Shown: piece by piece, positions 9,137-18,910 of the stretch
How the letters are laid out: every line of letters begins with the position of its first letter
Numbering within the stretch: the stretch's first letter is position 1
From: Aulosira sp. ZfuVER01
Lineage (GTDB): Bacteria > Cyanobacteriota > Cyanobacteriia > Cyanobacteriales > Nostocaceae
Length of the DNA stretch: 64,000 bases
Assembly (NCBI GenBank): GCA_034530615.2
Contig: JAVRCV020000073.1
Coordinates: forward strand, 160,001 to 224,000
Direction of reading: 5' to 3'
Program-made: the position numbers and the translations under genes
The notes under the pieces: generated by a model
The model's database searches: none
Told to the model about the DNA's origin: nothing
Seen by the model: the letters and a program-made list of their open reading frames with translations, nothing else

Positions 9137-9714
9137 AAATTCCTCAGAAAATCTCATCTGGTATGTACTTAATTTATCTATAAAAACTTCAAATTGTTTC
9201 TATCGCTTGAGATAAATATCACAACCAGAAGATAGAGAAGAATTTATATTATTTTTTGGGATTTTAGAGTTTGATTATTATGTTTTCCTAACTTTAAAAT
9301 ATATTGCCTGTTTTGGGCAATCATCCCATTTTGTGCTTTCTCGCTAAATGCTAAGAAACAATTAGGTTATTTATTTCTATCTTTAGAAATAAACACTGTA
9401 TCTGTCTTTTTGTAGATGTAGTAATGAAAATAAATACTTTAGATAGAAATATTGTTTTTTAAACTTGGGCAAATAACTAAATTAATCATTGCCAGCAGCA
9501 ATCTTATTGGCTTTCAAAAAAAATACAAACGTACTAAATGGTTGATTGCAGATTCTCATTTTTTGAGCATGACAATAACCATGAGTTTTAACTGAACCGT
9601 AATGCTTTCTCAAGTTTTGAGTATCCAAAAGGAGGGTTCTTCTTTTGCCGTAAATGACGATGACACTAAAAAGCAGAATCCCCATTGATTGCTCAACATC
9701 AATTAGGAGTCACA

Positions 9715-11073
9715 GTGAGTAGACGCAAATCTTACAGTTTAATTGAGGAGTTAGGATCGCCGGAAATAGCAGCACCCAAGCAATCGCTAACATTACCAGA
9801 CGCTGTGGCGCTAATAGTAGGAATTGTCATTGGGGCGGGGATTTTTCAAACCCCTGCTTTAGTGGCGAATTATGCAGGTAGCGATCTTGCTGTCCTGCTG
9901 TTCTGGCTGATCGGTGGTGTAGTGTCTTTGGTAGGAGCATTATGCTACGCAGAATTGGCAACAACTTATCCTGATGTTGGCGGTGTTTACTATTACCTAA
10001 AGCGTGCTTTTGGGCGGGGACTGGCTTTTTTATTCGCTTGGGCACGAATGACGGTAATTCAAACCGGTTCTATTGCACTGTTAGCATTTGTTTTTGGTGA
10101 TTATGCCTCTCAGATATGGCGTTTAGGGACATTTTCACCATCTATTTATGCAGCAATAGCGATCGCACTTTTAACGGCTTTAAATATTGTCGGTCTGAAA
10201 CAAGGTAAATGGACGCAAAATCTTTTGAGTGCGGCTAAAGTCTTAGGTTTGTTGCTGGTGGTAATTCTGGGATTAACTGCCATACCTAATACCGCTGTCC
10301 CGGTAGAATCTACATCATCAGGTACTTGGGGACTGGCAATGGTATTTGTTCTCTTGTCCTACGGCGGCTGGAACGAAGCCGCTTACATTGCCGCAGAAAT
10401 TCAAAATAGACGACGCAATATCCTGCGATCGCTTTTACTCAGTATTGGTATTATCACTGTTATTTATCTGCTGATCAATTGGGCTTACCTGCGAGGATTG
10501 GGGTTAGCAAACATGGCTAAATCGGAAGCCGTAGCCGCAGATTTAATGCGATCGCTTTGGGGTGAACCTGGGGCTTTTTTTGTCAGTCTACTGATTGCAG
10601 TTTCTACCTTAGGGGCAACCAACGCCACAATTTTTACCGGGGCGCGGACTAATTACGCTTTGGGTCAGGATTTTTCGCTGTTTGGTTTTATGGGACGCTG
10701 GCAACAACGACCTAGCACCCCTAGCTATGCGTTACTTTTGCAAGGTGCGATCGCTTTAGCGCTGGTTGTTTTGGGTACGCTTACCCGCAAAGGTTTTGAG
10801 ACAATGGTGGATTACACCGCCCCAGTATTTTGGTTTTTCTTCTTGCTTTCAGGAATATCGCTGCTAGTGTTGCGACAACGCGAACCCCAGATGACGCGAT
10901 CGTTTCGCGTCCCGTTTTATCCGTTTACACCGTTACTTTTTTGTGCAGTCTGCGCCTACTTACTTTACTCCAGCTTAGTTTACACAGGTGTAGGAGCATT
11001 GGTCGGAGTTGGAGTTGTGGTGGCAGGTATACCGCTACTGCTGTGGAATAGCTACCGCCAAGATCAAGCCTAA
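9715..11073 (+). CDS. APC-family amino acid permease
   Basis: About 12 TM segments, IGAGIF, YAELAT, SYGGWN motifs; GTG 9715 follows AGGAG. Confidence 0.9.
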   Translation: MSRRKSYSLIEELGSPEIAAPKQSLTLPDAVALIVGIVIGAGIFQTPALVANYAGSDLAVLLFWLIGGVVSLVGALCYAELATTYPDVGGVYYYLKRAFGRGLAFLFAWARMTVIQTGSIALLAFVFGDYASQIWRLGTFSPSIYAAIAIALLTALNIVGLKQGKWTQNLLSAAKVLGLLLVVILGLTAIPNTAVPVESTSSGTWGLAMVFVLLSYGGWNEAAYIAAEIQNRRRNILRSLLLSIGIITVIYLLINWAYLRGLGLANMAKSEAVAADLMRSLWGEPGAFFVSLLIAVSTLGATNATIFTGARTNYALGQDFSLFGFMGRWQQRPSTPSYALLLQGAIALALVVLGTLTRKGFETMVDYTAPVFWFFFLLSGISLLVLRQREPQMTRSFRVPFYPFTPLLFCAVCAYLLYSSLVYTGVGALVGVGVVVAGIPLLLWNSYRQDQA

Positions 11074-11114
11074 ATAACTCAACATTCCAAATACCAAAAT
11101 CGAACAGGAGAACA

Positions 11115-11777
11115 GTGATGAATTTCGCAAAAAATTTGCTTGTATTAGCTACAGGGGTCAGTGTTGCTAGCTTGGGAATTGCTGGATGCACAACTCAACA
11201 GCAAGACTTGGAATCTAGAACACAACAACCTGCTGTAACTGTTCAGCAGACCGAAATACCAACTCCTACAACCACAGATACAACCACAACTCAACCTCAA
11301 GAACGTGCTGGTGATGTTCCTTATGTGCCAACTCCACAACCTGTAGTGGATGCAATGCTGAAAGTTGCAAAAGTGGGTAAGAATGATGTGCTTTATGACC
11401 TTGGTAGTGGTGATGGGCGAATTGTGATTACAGCCGCTAAAAAGTACGGTACGCGCGGTACTGGTATAGATATTGACCCAGAACGTATTCAAGAAGCTAA
11501 TCAGAATGCCAAAACAGCCGGAGTAAGCGATCGCGTCAAGTTTGTGCAGCAAGATTTGTTTAACACTAATTTGAGTGACGCTACAGTAGTCACACTCTAC
11601 TTGTTGCCTGAAGTCAACCTGAAACTCCGTCCCAAACTATTGAAAGAGCTTAAACCGGGTACGCGGATTGTTTCTCACGCTTTTGATATGGGTGATTGGA
11701 AACCACAACAGACATTAAACGTTGATGGCAAAACCATCTATTACTGGGTGGTTCCGGCAAATAAATCTATAAATTGA
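11115..11777 (+). CDS. Class I SAM-dependent methyltransferase with lipoprotein signal peptide
   Basis: VPYVPTP and DLGSGDG SAM motif, TLYL; N-terminal hydrophobic stretch ending in IAGC, then a Q/T/P linker. Start may be ATG 11118. Confidence 0.85.
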   Translation: MMNFAKNLLVLATGVSVASLGIAGCTTQQQDLESRTQQPAVTVQQTEIPTPTTTDTTTTQPQERAGDVPYVPTPQPVVDAMLKVAKVGKNDVLYDLGSGDGRIVITAAKKYGTRGTGIDIDPERIQEANQNAKTAGVSDRVKFVQQDLFNTNLSDATVVTLYLLPEVNLKLRPKLLKELKPGTRIVSHAFDMGDWKPQQTLNVDGKTIYYWVVPANKSIN

Positions 11778-11796
11778 CAATCAATCGCGGGTGTTC

Positions 11797-11830
11797 AGAT
11801 CCCCGACTTCTTCAAAGAAGCCGGGGATCT
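11797..11830. repeat. Dispersed palindromic repeat AGATCCCCGACTTCTT..AAGAAGCCGGGGATCT (may act as terminator)
   Basis: 16-bp near-perfect inverted repeat; second copy at 42257-42288. Confidence 0.7.
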
Positions 11831-12078
11831 TGTAGCTCTTATTGATATTTTGTAACAAGTCGTCACACTTATTAATAGGTACGGATATTGCTATATATTG
11901 TTGCCATAAAACCGAACCGATAAGGCTTGAACCTTGCTTTAACCTATTAAATAGGAAGCTAAAGATTAAGCTTTAAAAAAGAGAAAGTTGATTGAAAAAA
12001 GCCTCAGATTTTTCCTCAGCAAATAAGCTTAATGTTGAGCCTCCTAAAATTGAAGATTGCAGCTTATGAGGTGATAAT

Positions 12079-12549
12079 ATGGCACTCATTCGTTGGGACC
12101 CATTTCGGGAAATTGAACGCATAGAACCATTCCGCGATATTGATACTTTACAGCGGCAAATTAATCGCCTCTTCGATCGGTTAGTACCAACAAACGATGG
12201 TGGTGAATCTATCGGATTTGGCTTCGTTCCTGCTGCTGAAATGGAAGAAACTGATGAAGCAATTCAACTCAGGCTAGAAGTCCCTGGCTTGGAAGCTAAA
12301 GACATAAGTGTAGAAGTCACAGCCGACGCAGTTTCTATTAGCGGTGAACGCAAATCTGAAACTAAGACTGAAGAAAAAGGTATAGCTCGCTCTGAGTTCC
12401 GCTATGGAAGATTTCAACGAGTAATACCATTACCAACCCAAATTGAAAATGACAAGGTAGAAGCCGAATACAAAGATGGCATTCTCAGACTAACCATGCC
12501 GAAATTGGTATCAGAGAAGCAAAAAACTGTGAAAGTTAATATCGGTTAA
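12079..12549 (+). CDS. hspA: Small heat-shock protein (Hsp20)
   Basis: WDPFRE N-terminus; alpha-crystallin domain (EVPGL, ISGER, RYGRFQRVIPLP, AEYKDGIL); GAGGTG RBS. Confidence 0.93.
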   Translation: MALIRWDPFREIERIEPFRDIDTLQRQINRLFDRLVPTNDGGESIGFGFVPAAEMEETDEAIQLRLEVPGLEAKDISVEVTADAVSISGERKSETKTEEKGIARSEFRYGRFQRVIPLPTQIENDKVEAEYKDGILRLTMPKLVSEKQKTVKVNIG

Positions 12550-12567
12550 TTAAGGTTTGGCTAAGGT

Positions 12568-12606
12568 AGCGATCGCATCTGGATTGATATTGTAGATGCG
12601 ATCGCT
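12568..12606. terminator. 13-bp stem hairpin with HIP1 in both arms between convergent genes
   Basis: AGCGATCGCATCT / AGATGCGATCGCT. Confidence 0.6.
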
Positions 12607-12617
12607 CTTTTCTAATT

Positions 12618-13952
12618 TCACAAAAATGCAGCCTCTTCATCTAAGGACTTGAGAGGATGCTGAGTATCTAACCATGACACTTGTGCTTCTAACTTGTCAC
12701 AACACTCCCTTACTAAACGCAAACCTTCATCGCGGGTAAGTTTAGCAGTTGCGGGGGTAAATTCTTGCAGAATATCGGCTTCTATAGTTTGATAGCGATC
12801 TAATTGAGTTCTCAATTTTGTTAAATACTTTGCGCCTTCGCCGCCATCTGTAATGGCAAACTGCAAAATAGAATCGACGTAAGCTTTAACTTTGGGATTT
12901 TTCACTCCTTCTGTTGCAGCCGCATATAATAGTTCACCATTTAAATATGCAAAGTCTGGTACCCAAAGGTAATTTCCATCCACTTCAAAAGTGTATATTT
13001 CCTGATTTGGTATGACTTTTAAGTTTTCGCTTCTCACGCGGTGGGCTGCTTTTTCTAACAGTGCGATTATACCCACAATCACCGAGGGATAATTGCTGTC
13101 GATGCATCTAATTTCTACAGTCCCTAATTTGTTCAGGCGGATGGGATTCCAAGCTGATTTAAGTAAGCTTCCTCCCGCTTCTAAGAACAAGTGACGCTCG
13201 ATTCCGGCTTTATCTAAAGCTTGCAGCCAAGCATAATAACGGGCAAATTGCTGCTCAACTAAACTTTCCACCGTCTGGGCATAAGGCATCAGTCCACCGA
13301 CAGGCTGCAAATAAGTATATACTCCCTCCCAGCCGAAGGTTTCACTACCCCGATAACGAATTGTGTGTGCTGCAAGTCCAATCGCCTCACCTTCATAAAA
13401 GGGACAAGCACGCCCCAGAGAAATCAGCGCTGAGTCAAAAGCCGTCGCTAAGTTGTAAATATTCAGTAGTTCCTCTCGCTCTGCTGCTGTAGAGTTGTAA
13501 GAAACTGCCACAAGAGAATCGATTACCCCAGGCGCTACTTCCAAATGCAGGTGTGTACCCGTACATTTCCCCGCGTGCAAAAATTTGTCGTAGCCTACAG
13601 TCCTTGCTTGGATATGATAATTGGGGCGATCGCGCATGACTGGCATAATATGCAACGGGTAGCTAGATAGCGGATAAAGCCGTAAACCCATCTCTCGTGC
13701 TACAGCTAACGCCAGTTTGAGATTTGTGAGATACGCTGTTGCTAATTCTGTGCCTGTGTATGCTGGTGGAGTATTGATTTCCACCATACTTTTGACGAAC
13801 TCTGGCACAAAGTATTGGGGATTTATACCTTGAGTTTCTGCCCTCAAATGACAACCTTGCAAAAACTCATCGCCACGATTACTGAGATCGCCTGTTTCAT
13901 CTACTAGAAAAAACTCTTGCTCAAGACCCATGCGACGCTTTAGTACATCCAT
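12618..13952 (-). CDS. Glutamate-cysteine ligase family 2 (GCS2/YbdK-like) carboxylate-amine ligase
   Basis: GLEQEFFLVD, VEINT, GTHLHL and GTVEIRCID motifs. Confidence 0.8.
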   Translation of the reverse strand: MDVLKRRMGLEQEFFLVDETGDLSNRGDEFLQGCHLRAETQGINPQYFVPEFVKSMVEINTPPAYTGTELATAYLTNLKLALAVAREMGLRLYPLSSYPLHIMPVMRDRPNYHIQARTVGYDKFLHAGKCTGTHLHLEVAPGVIDSLVAVSYNSTAAEREELLNIYNLATAFDSALISLGRACPFYEGEAIGLAAHTIRYRGSETFGWEGVYTYLQPVGGLMPYAQTVESLVEQQFARYYAWLQALDKAGIERHLFLEAGGSLLKSAWNPIRLNKLGTVEIRCIDSNYPSVIVGIIALLEKAAHRVRSENLKVIPNQEIYTFEVDGNYLWVPDFAYLNGELLYAAATEGVKNPKVKAYVDSILQFAITDGGEGAKYLTKLRTQLDRYQTIEADILQEFTPATAKLTRDEGLRLVRECCDKLEAQVSWLDTQHPLKSLDEEAAFL

Positions 13953-14330
13953 ATCCCAAGTATTTACTTAGTTAGGTTACGGGTCTTGCCAGCTTTTGGT
14001 GATGATAGAGAGGGATAGAACTGTTAAAAGTATGACAGCGATCGCGGTAATTCTTCCACAGAAAGACCCAATCAACAAAAATGACAACACCCAAAAAACG
14101 CTCTTTGTCAAACCGAGGACTTGCGGTTGAGTAACGATATTGCGCAAATTTTGAACATACTCTATTCTCTGATATCGGCCTCAGCTTATTTCATTTTTGC
14201 AACACAGCTTTAAAGTTTCGCAACACTAGTGCTTGGGCATGGCTATCTTGAGATACTTAAGTTTAGGGTAGAAATTGCCAGCCCTACTAATTATTTCAAC
14301 AATCAAATCAGAATCATCATATTTTGGCTC

Positions 14331-14768
14331 ATGAATTACCAGATTGTTGACCAGCTGACAGACAATCAAATTGTGGAATTAGTTGATTTGTACAAAAACG
14401 AATTTTGGAGTAAAAAACGTACATATCAAGATGTGGTCAAGATGCTTGCTGCATCAGATATTATTATTGGCTTCGTAGATGACAGCAAACAATTAATTGG
14501 TTTTACACGCATTCTTACAGATTTTGTTTACCGGGCAACTGTTTACGATGTCATCATCAAACCCAGCCACAGAAAAATTGGGCTTGGCGCTAAGTTGATT
14601 GATGCAGCGATTAATCATCCCCAGTTATCTGAAGTTGAGCAAATTGCTCTTTTCTGCTTACCAGAGATGATCCCCTTTTATGAACGTTGGGGTTTTACTA
14701 ATGAGATAGGCGGAATTCAGTTAATGTATCGTTACCAGCAATTATCTCCAAAGACAAATGATTATTAA
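14331..14768 (+). CDS. GNAT-family N-acetyltransferase
   Basis: LIGFTR, DVIIKPSHRKIGLGAKLI and FYERWGF motifs; start set to ATG 14331. Confidence 0.88.
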   Translation: MNYQIVDQLTDNQIVELVDLYKNEFWSKKRTYQDVVKMLAASDIIIGFVDDSKQLIGFTRILTDFVYRATVYDVIIKPSHRKIGLGAKLIDAAINHPQLSEVEQIALFCLPEMIPFYERWGFTNEIGGIQLMYRYQQLSPKTNDY

Positions 14769-15219
14769 TCCAGAAAATGTGCCCAATCGGACAACTACAC
14801 TTTACCCTGAAGAATTTAAATCCTTGGTGCTGGGAAGAGTTAAAAAAGCTGTAGGTAATGCAGCCGGATTGAAAAATTTCGGCGTCAACTTAGTGACTCT
14901 GGCTCCAGGAAGTTGTTCTTCTGTGCGACATTGGCACACCCGACAAGATGAATTTATCTATGTCATCGAAGGTGAAGTCACTTTAGTTACTAATGAAGGT
15001 GCGCACATCCTCCAGCCAGGAATGATGGCGGGTTTTCCCGCTGGTGAAGCCAATGGACACCACCTGGTGAATCGCTCCCAAGCGACGGTAGTTTATTTGG
15101 AAATTGGCGATAGAACTGCTGATGATGAAGCTCACTATCCAGACGATGATTTGATGGCTCAAGCTGCTGATGGGAGTTGGATCTTTACACGGAAAGACGG
15201 TACTTTGTACGAAAGTTAG
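14758..15219 (+). CDS. Cupin-domain protein
   Basis: SVRHWHTRQDEFIYVIEGE and GHHLVN cupin motifs; overlaps the GNAT stop (coupled). Confidence 0.9.
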   Translation: MIINPENVPNRTTTLYPEEFKSLVLGRVKKAVGNAAGLKNFGVNLVTLAPGSCSSVRHWHTRQDEFIYVIEGEVTLVTNEGAHILQPGMMAGFPAGEANGHHLVNRSQATVVYLEIGDRTADDEAHYPDDDLMAQAADGSWIFTRKDGTLYES

Positions 15220-15222
15220 CTG

Positions 15223-15262
15223 GCTTGTAGTTGCGCTTTAGCGCTAAAGCGCAACTACGAGC
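15223..15262. repeat. REP-like palindrome GTAGTTGCGCTTTAGCGCTAAAGCGCAACTAC
   Basis: Perfect central palindrome with GTAG/CTAC ends; a related GTAG...CTAC element lies at about 48553-48598. Confidence 0.7.
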
Positions 15263-15506
15263 TTGTATCTTTGCTGTCTGAAGCTGTGGGTAAATTTGAT
15301 TTACGCGATCGCCCATGCTTTGATCTTTCTAGCAGGGCTACTTACCATGCCCTAATTTTCTCAAAGCGGTAGGTAAGCTATAGCTATCTAAAGATGAGAT
15401 TACTCAGATATATTTTGCACTTAGGTGTACTTATTCTATAAGAGTGATTATAACTAGGTTATTATTTATCGCTGTCATAATTTAAACAATTGAATTCTAA
15501 CAACTA

Positions 15507-17597
15507 ATGGTGAACTCTACCCTCGTGACCACACTCTATGTCAACTCTGTTCAGGGGAATGATGCTAACGCTGGTTCACGGGTGAGTCCCTTTAAAAGTC
15601 TCACCCGTGCCTTAAAATCATCTACAAAATCTACAATTATTCAGTTGGGGCCTGGAACATACAGTGCCGCTACTGGTGAGGTGTTTCCACTGATTATCCC
15701 TGCGGGAGCGATCGTGGTAGGTAACGAAGCTAGCAAAGGTGCTGGGATTGTAATTATCGGGAATGGCACTTATCAAAGTCCCAGCTTTGGGATGCAAAAC
15801 ATTACGCTGCTGTTACAGGAAGATGCCAGTCTCCGGGGGGTGACTGTGACAAATACCACTTCTAAAGGTACTGGTGTCTGGATTGAATCTACAGCACCAA
15901 CTGTAACTAACAATACTTTTATTAACTGTGCTAGAGAAGGTGTATTTACAACCGGCACAGCTAAACCTGCAATTTTAGATAATGTATTTTTGCAAAATGC
16001 AGCCAGTGGGTTGACGATGGCACGTAATAGCAAAGGCGAAGTTTTGCGGAATGTTTTTCAGAAAAATTCCTTGGGGATTGCCATTAGTGACTCTGCTGCG
16101 CCTTTGCTGGCAAATAATAAGCTATCAGAAAACCAAACTGCGATCGCTCTTTCGCGAGATGCCCGACCTGTACTGCGGCAAAATATCATTACTAGCAATA
16201 CCCAAGGCGGTTTGTTGGTGAATGGAAACGCGATCCCCGATTTAGGTAGTACCCAAGACGCTGCTGGGAATGTGTTTAGGGATAACAAAGAATTCGATTT
16301 ACAAAATGTCACATCGCAGCAGCTAGTTTCTGTTGGTAATCAGTTGAATCCGATCCAGGTAAAAGGAGCAGTAGATTTTCTTTCGGCTACGGTAGAATCT
16401 GCTGGACAAGTATCAGTTGGCACTAGCTTTTACGATTTAGGCGGACATTGGGCAGTGGCTTTTGTTGAAGCTTTAGTTAGTAAAAACTATATCAGTGGCT
16501 TCCCTGATGGTTCATTCAGTCCAAACTCCCCGATCACTCGTGCCCAGTATGCTGCTATAATCGCCAAGACTTTTCCACCACCAAATGGCAGCAAAGTGAG
16601 TAATTTCACTGATGTAAAACCTGACTATTGGGCGGCATCAGCTATATTGCGTGCTGCCAATATGGGCTTTATCAGTGGATTCCCTGATGGAACTTTTCGA
16701 CCGGGACAAAACTTAACAAGAATTCAGGCAATCGTATCTATCGTGAATGGTTTGAAATGGAGTGGAGGGAACCCGAATGTGTTGAGTGTCTACCGCGATC
16801 GCGCCCAAATTCCCAGCTATGCTACTAATGCAGTGGCTATTGCCACACAAAAACTCTTAGTAGTAAATTATCCAAAAACCGAGCAGCTAGAACCACTGCG
16901 CGATATCACCCGCGCTGAGGTAGCGGCAATCATTTACCAAGCATTAGTAGCTATTGGTCAAGAAAAAGCGATTCCTTCGCCCTATATTGTCAATCCTGAT
17001 ATCGATCTTCCTTCCTTCAGCGACCTCAAAGGACATTGGGCTGAAGCATTTATTCGCGCATTGGTGAGTATGGGCTTAACTACAGGTTTTGCTGACGGTA
17101 GCTATCAGCCAGATAAACCGATGACTCGCGCTCAGTATGCGGCTTTAGTGGCGGGTGCTTTTAACCCCACTCCCAAACGTCCAGCCATCGATTTTACTGA
17201 CGTAGCAAAGGATTTTTGGGCTGCTAAGGCCATCCAAATCGCGGCTATGGGTGGCTTTGTCAGCGGATTTAGCGATCGCACCTTCCGCCCAGACCAAAAC
17301 GTGCAAAGATTACAAGTAATAGTCTCCCTCGTCAACGGGTTGGCCTTACCAGCCGCCGATAACGATACCTTACTTGTTTACAGCGATCGCAATGCGATTC
17401 CCGAATATGCCCGTAAAGCTGTAGCCACTGCGACCCAACAGCAAATAGCAGTGAATTATCCCGATCCTAAGCAGCTTGTGCCAGTTCGTGAAGCGACACG
17501 CGCTGAAGTAGCAGCTATGGTTTATCAGGCATTGGTTGCGATCCAGCGCACAAATGCAATTAAATCCCCATATATTGTCTCGCAGACAACCAATTGA
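15507..17597 (+). CDS. DUF1565/right-handed beta-helix protein with multiple SLH domains
   Basis: LYVNSVQGND...PFKSLTRAL N-terminus, beta-helix repeats, and repeated F.D..GHWA / ISGFPDG.F.P...TRA SLH motifs. Confidence 0.9.
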   Translation: MVNSTLVTTLYVNSVQGNDANAGSRVSPFKSLTRALKSSTKSTIIQLGPGTYSAATGEVFPLIIPAGAIVVGNEASKGAGIVIIGNGTYQSPSFGMQNITLLLQEDASLRGVTVTNTTSKGTGVWIESTAPTVTNNTFINCAREGVFTTGTAKPAILDNVFLQNAASGLTMARNSKGEVLRNVFQKNSLGIAISDSAAPLLANNKLSENQTAIALSRDARPVLRQNIITSNTQGGLLVNGNAIPDLGSTQDAAGNVFRDNKEFDLQNVTSQQLVSVGNQLNPIQVKGAVDFLSATVESAGQVSVGTSFYDLGGHWAVAFVEALVSKNYISGFPDGSFSPNSPITRAQYAAIIAKTFPPPNGSKVSNFTDVKPDYWAASAILRAANMGFISGFPDGTFRPGQNLTRIQAIVSIVNGLKWSGGNPNVLSVYRDRAQIPSYATNAVAIATQKLLVVNYPKTEQLEPLRDITRAEVAAIIYQALVAIGQEKAIPSPYIVNPDIDLPSFSDLKGHWAEAFIRALVSMGLTTGFADGSYQPDKPMTRAQYAALVAGAFNPTPKRPAIDFTDVAKDFWAAKAIQIAAMGGFVSGFSDRTFRPDQNVQRLQVIVSLVNGLALPAADNDTLLVYSDRNAIPEYARKAVATATQQQIAVNYPDPKQLVPVREATRAEVAAMVYQALVAIQRTNAIKSPYIVSQTTN

Positions 17598-17702
17598 CCA
17601 AGTAGAATAAGAAAAATTTCCTATTAATTTAAAAATACTTGGGCAACAACCCTGTAGCTAAAAGCTCTTTCGCCTATATGCAATGGGTAAAAAATATAAC
17701 CT

Positions 17703-18461
17703 ATGTCTGAAGCTCATAGCTCGATGTTAAAACCAGTTAAAGACCCTTCTACTGAATTGGCAATGGCCTTATTAACTCACTATAGCTTTGACCTCAGTGG
17801 TTATAGTGCCAGTGAGTTAATTAGACGTTGGAAAAACCAATATCCAATTGAATGGCTACACATTGCAGTGATCGAAGCATTGTATCAAGGTCGCTATAAA
17901 GCAGTTTCCGTACAGCAAATTTTAAATTTCTGGCATCGGCGGGGTCAGGCTACCTACCATTTCAATATGGAATTTGAACGCCTAATTTGTAGCAAATTCC
18001 CTGAAAGTTTAACGTCAATCCCGACACCAGTTTTATATCCAGCTAAGAAAATCGCCACTCCTGTTGAGAAAACTAATTATCATTTAGCTTCCTCATCTGC
18101 GAACGCTGAACCATCAACAACTAAGGCGGATCGTGGCTATAGCCAAAAACAGCTTCCGCCATTAAAAGTGGTGCGGGAAACAGAAAGGCCCCTTGCCAAC
18201 GAAGATACAGAAGAAGTTGCAACTTCTTCTACACCTAGCGTTTCCCATGCTGACATAACTCCAGTTGACTCTGAACAACCCAACCTCAAACCAGAAAATA
18301 GCCTTCAGGCTCATTCCCCAGCATATCCAGCTAGTAATAGACCACAGCGACTACTACCAGTTGGTGTCAATCATCGGGCAATTGGGCAATTTACTCCCGA
18401 AAAGAGCGATCGCACCGAATCATTCGCATCAAAACTTAAAGCAATGTCGTCTGGTGGATAA
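17703..18461 (+). CDS. ftn6: Probable cell-division protein Ftn6 (DnaD-like N-terminal domain, low-complexity tail)
   Basis: HYSFDL...WLHIAVIEALYQGRYKAVSVQQILNFWHRRG...EFERLIC resembles the conserved Ftn6 N-domain as recalled; not verified. Confidence 0.6.
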   Translation: MSEAHSSMLKPVKDPSTELAMALLTHYSFDLSGYSASELIRRWKNQYPIEWLHIAVIEALYQGRYKAVSVQQILNFWHRRGQATYHFNMEFERLICSKFPESLTSIPTPVLYPAKKIATPVEKTNYHLASSSANAEPSTTKADRGYSQKQLPPLKVVRETERPLANEDTEEVATSSTPSVSHADITPVDSEQPNLKPENSLQAHSPAYPASNRPQRLLPVGVNHRAIGQFTPEKSDRTESFASKLKAMSSGG

Positions 18462-18541
18462 ATGCTGAGAAAAAACTGTACACGAGAAAAATTGATATTT
18501 CTAAGGCAAAGGGCAGATGGCAGATGGCACAAGGTATTCTA

Positions 18542-18641
18542 ATAGCAATTTGAAAAAAGAATGCGACAAATGGTTAGGGGCACAACAATGTTATGCCCTT
18601 ACGAATCATTTATATATCGCCAACATTATTTGAATCGGTAG
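18542..18641. mobile_element. Degenerate MITE-like element with an internal REP-like hairpin
   Basis: Imperfect ends (ATAGCAATTTGAA / TTTGAATCGGTA) resembling the adjacent element; internal TAGGGGCAC...TGCCCTTAC hairpin. Confidence 0.45.
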
Positions 18642-18744
18642 AATTTGAATTAGCTGCATCTACTTACATATTTTTAAACTAGATTTTTAAATTATTTACT
18701 TTGGATTGTGGTTAATTTTTCAAATATGATATTAATAGTCTCTC

Positions 18745-18847
18745 ATACCAATTCACAAAAAATATGATACACATGCAAACCATAAAACCTATGCTAATTC
18801 TCACTTTCTTAATTTTGAATTTTGAATTTTGAATTTTGAATTGGTAT
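18745..18847. mobile_element. MITE-like element with 11-bp terminal inverted repeats and AATTTTG heptamers
   Basis: ATACCAATTCA ... TGAATTGGTAT perfect TIR; non-coding interior. Confidence 0.6.
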
Positions 18848-18910
18848 CACTCATTGCCTCAAAGTGCGATCGCCTAGCTGTTAAGCATCGCCCTCCAACC
18901 AAAAGATAAA

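Noticed and set aside
14229..14330. N-terminal extension of the GNAT ORF
   Set aside because: The GNAT domain begins at ATG 14331; the extension has no motif support.
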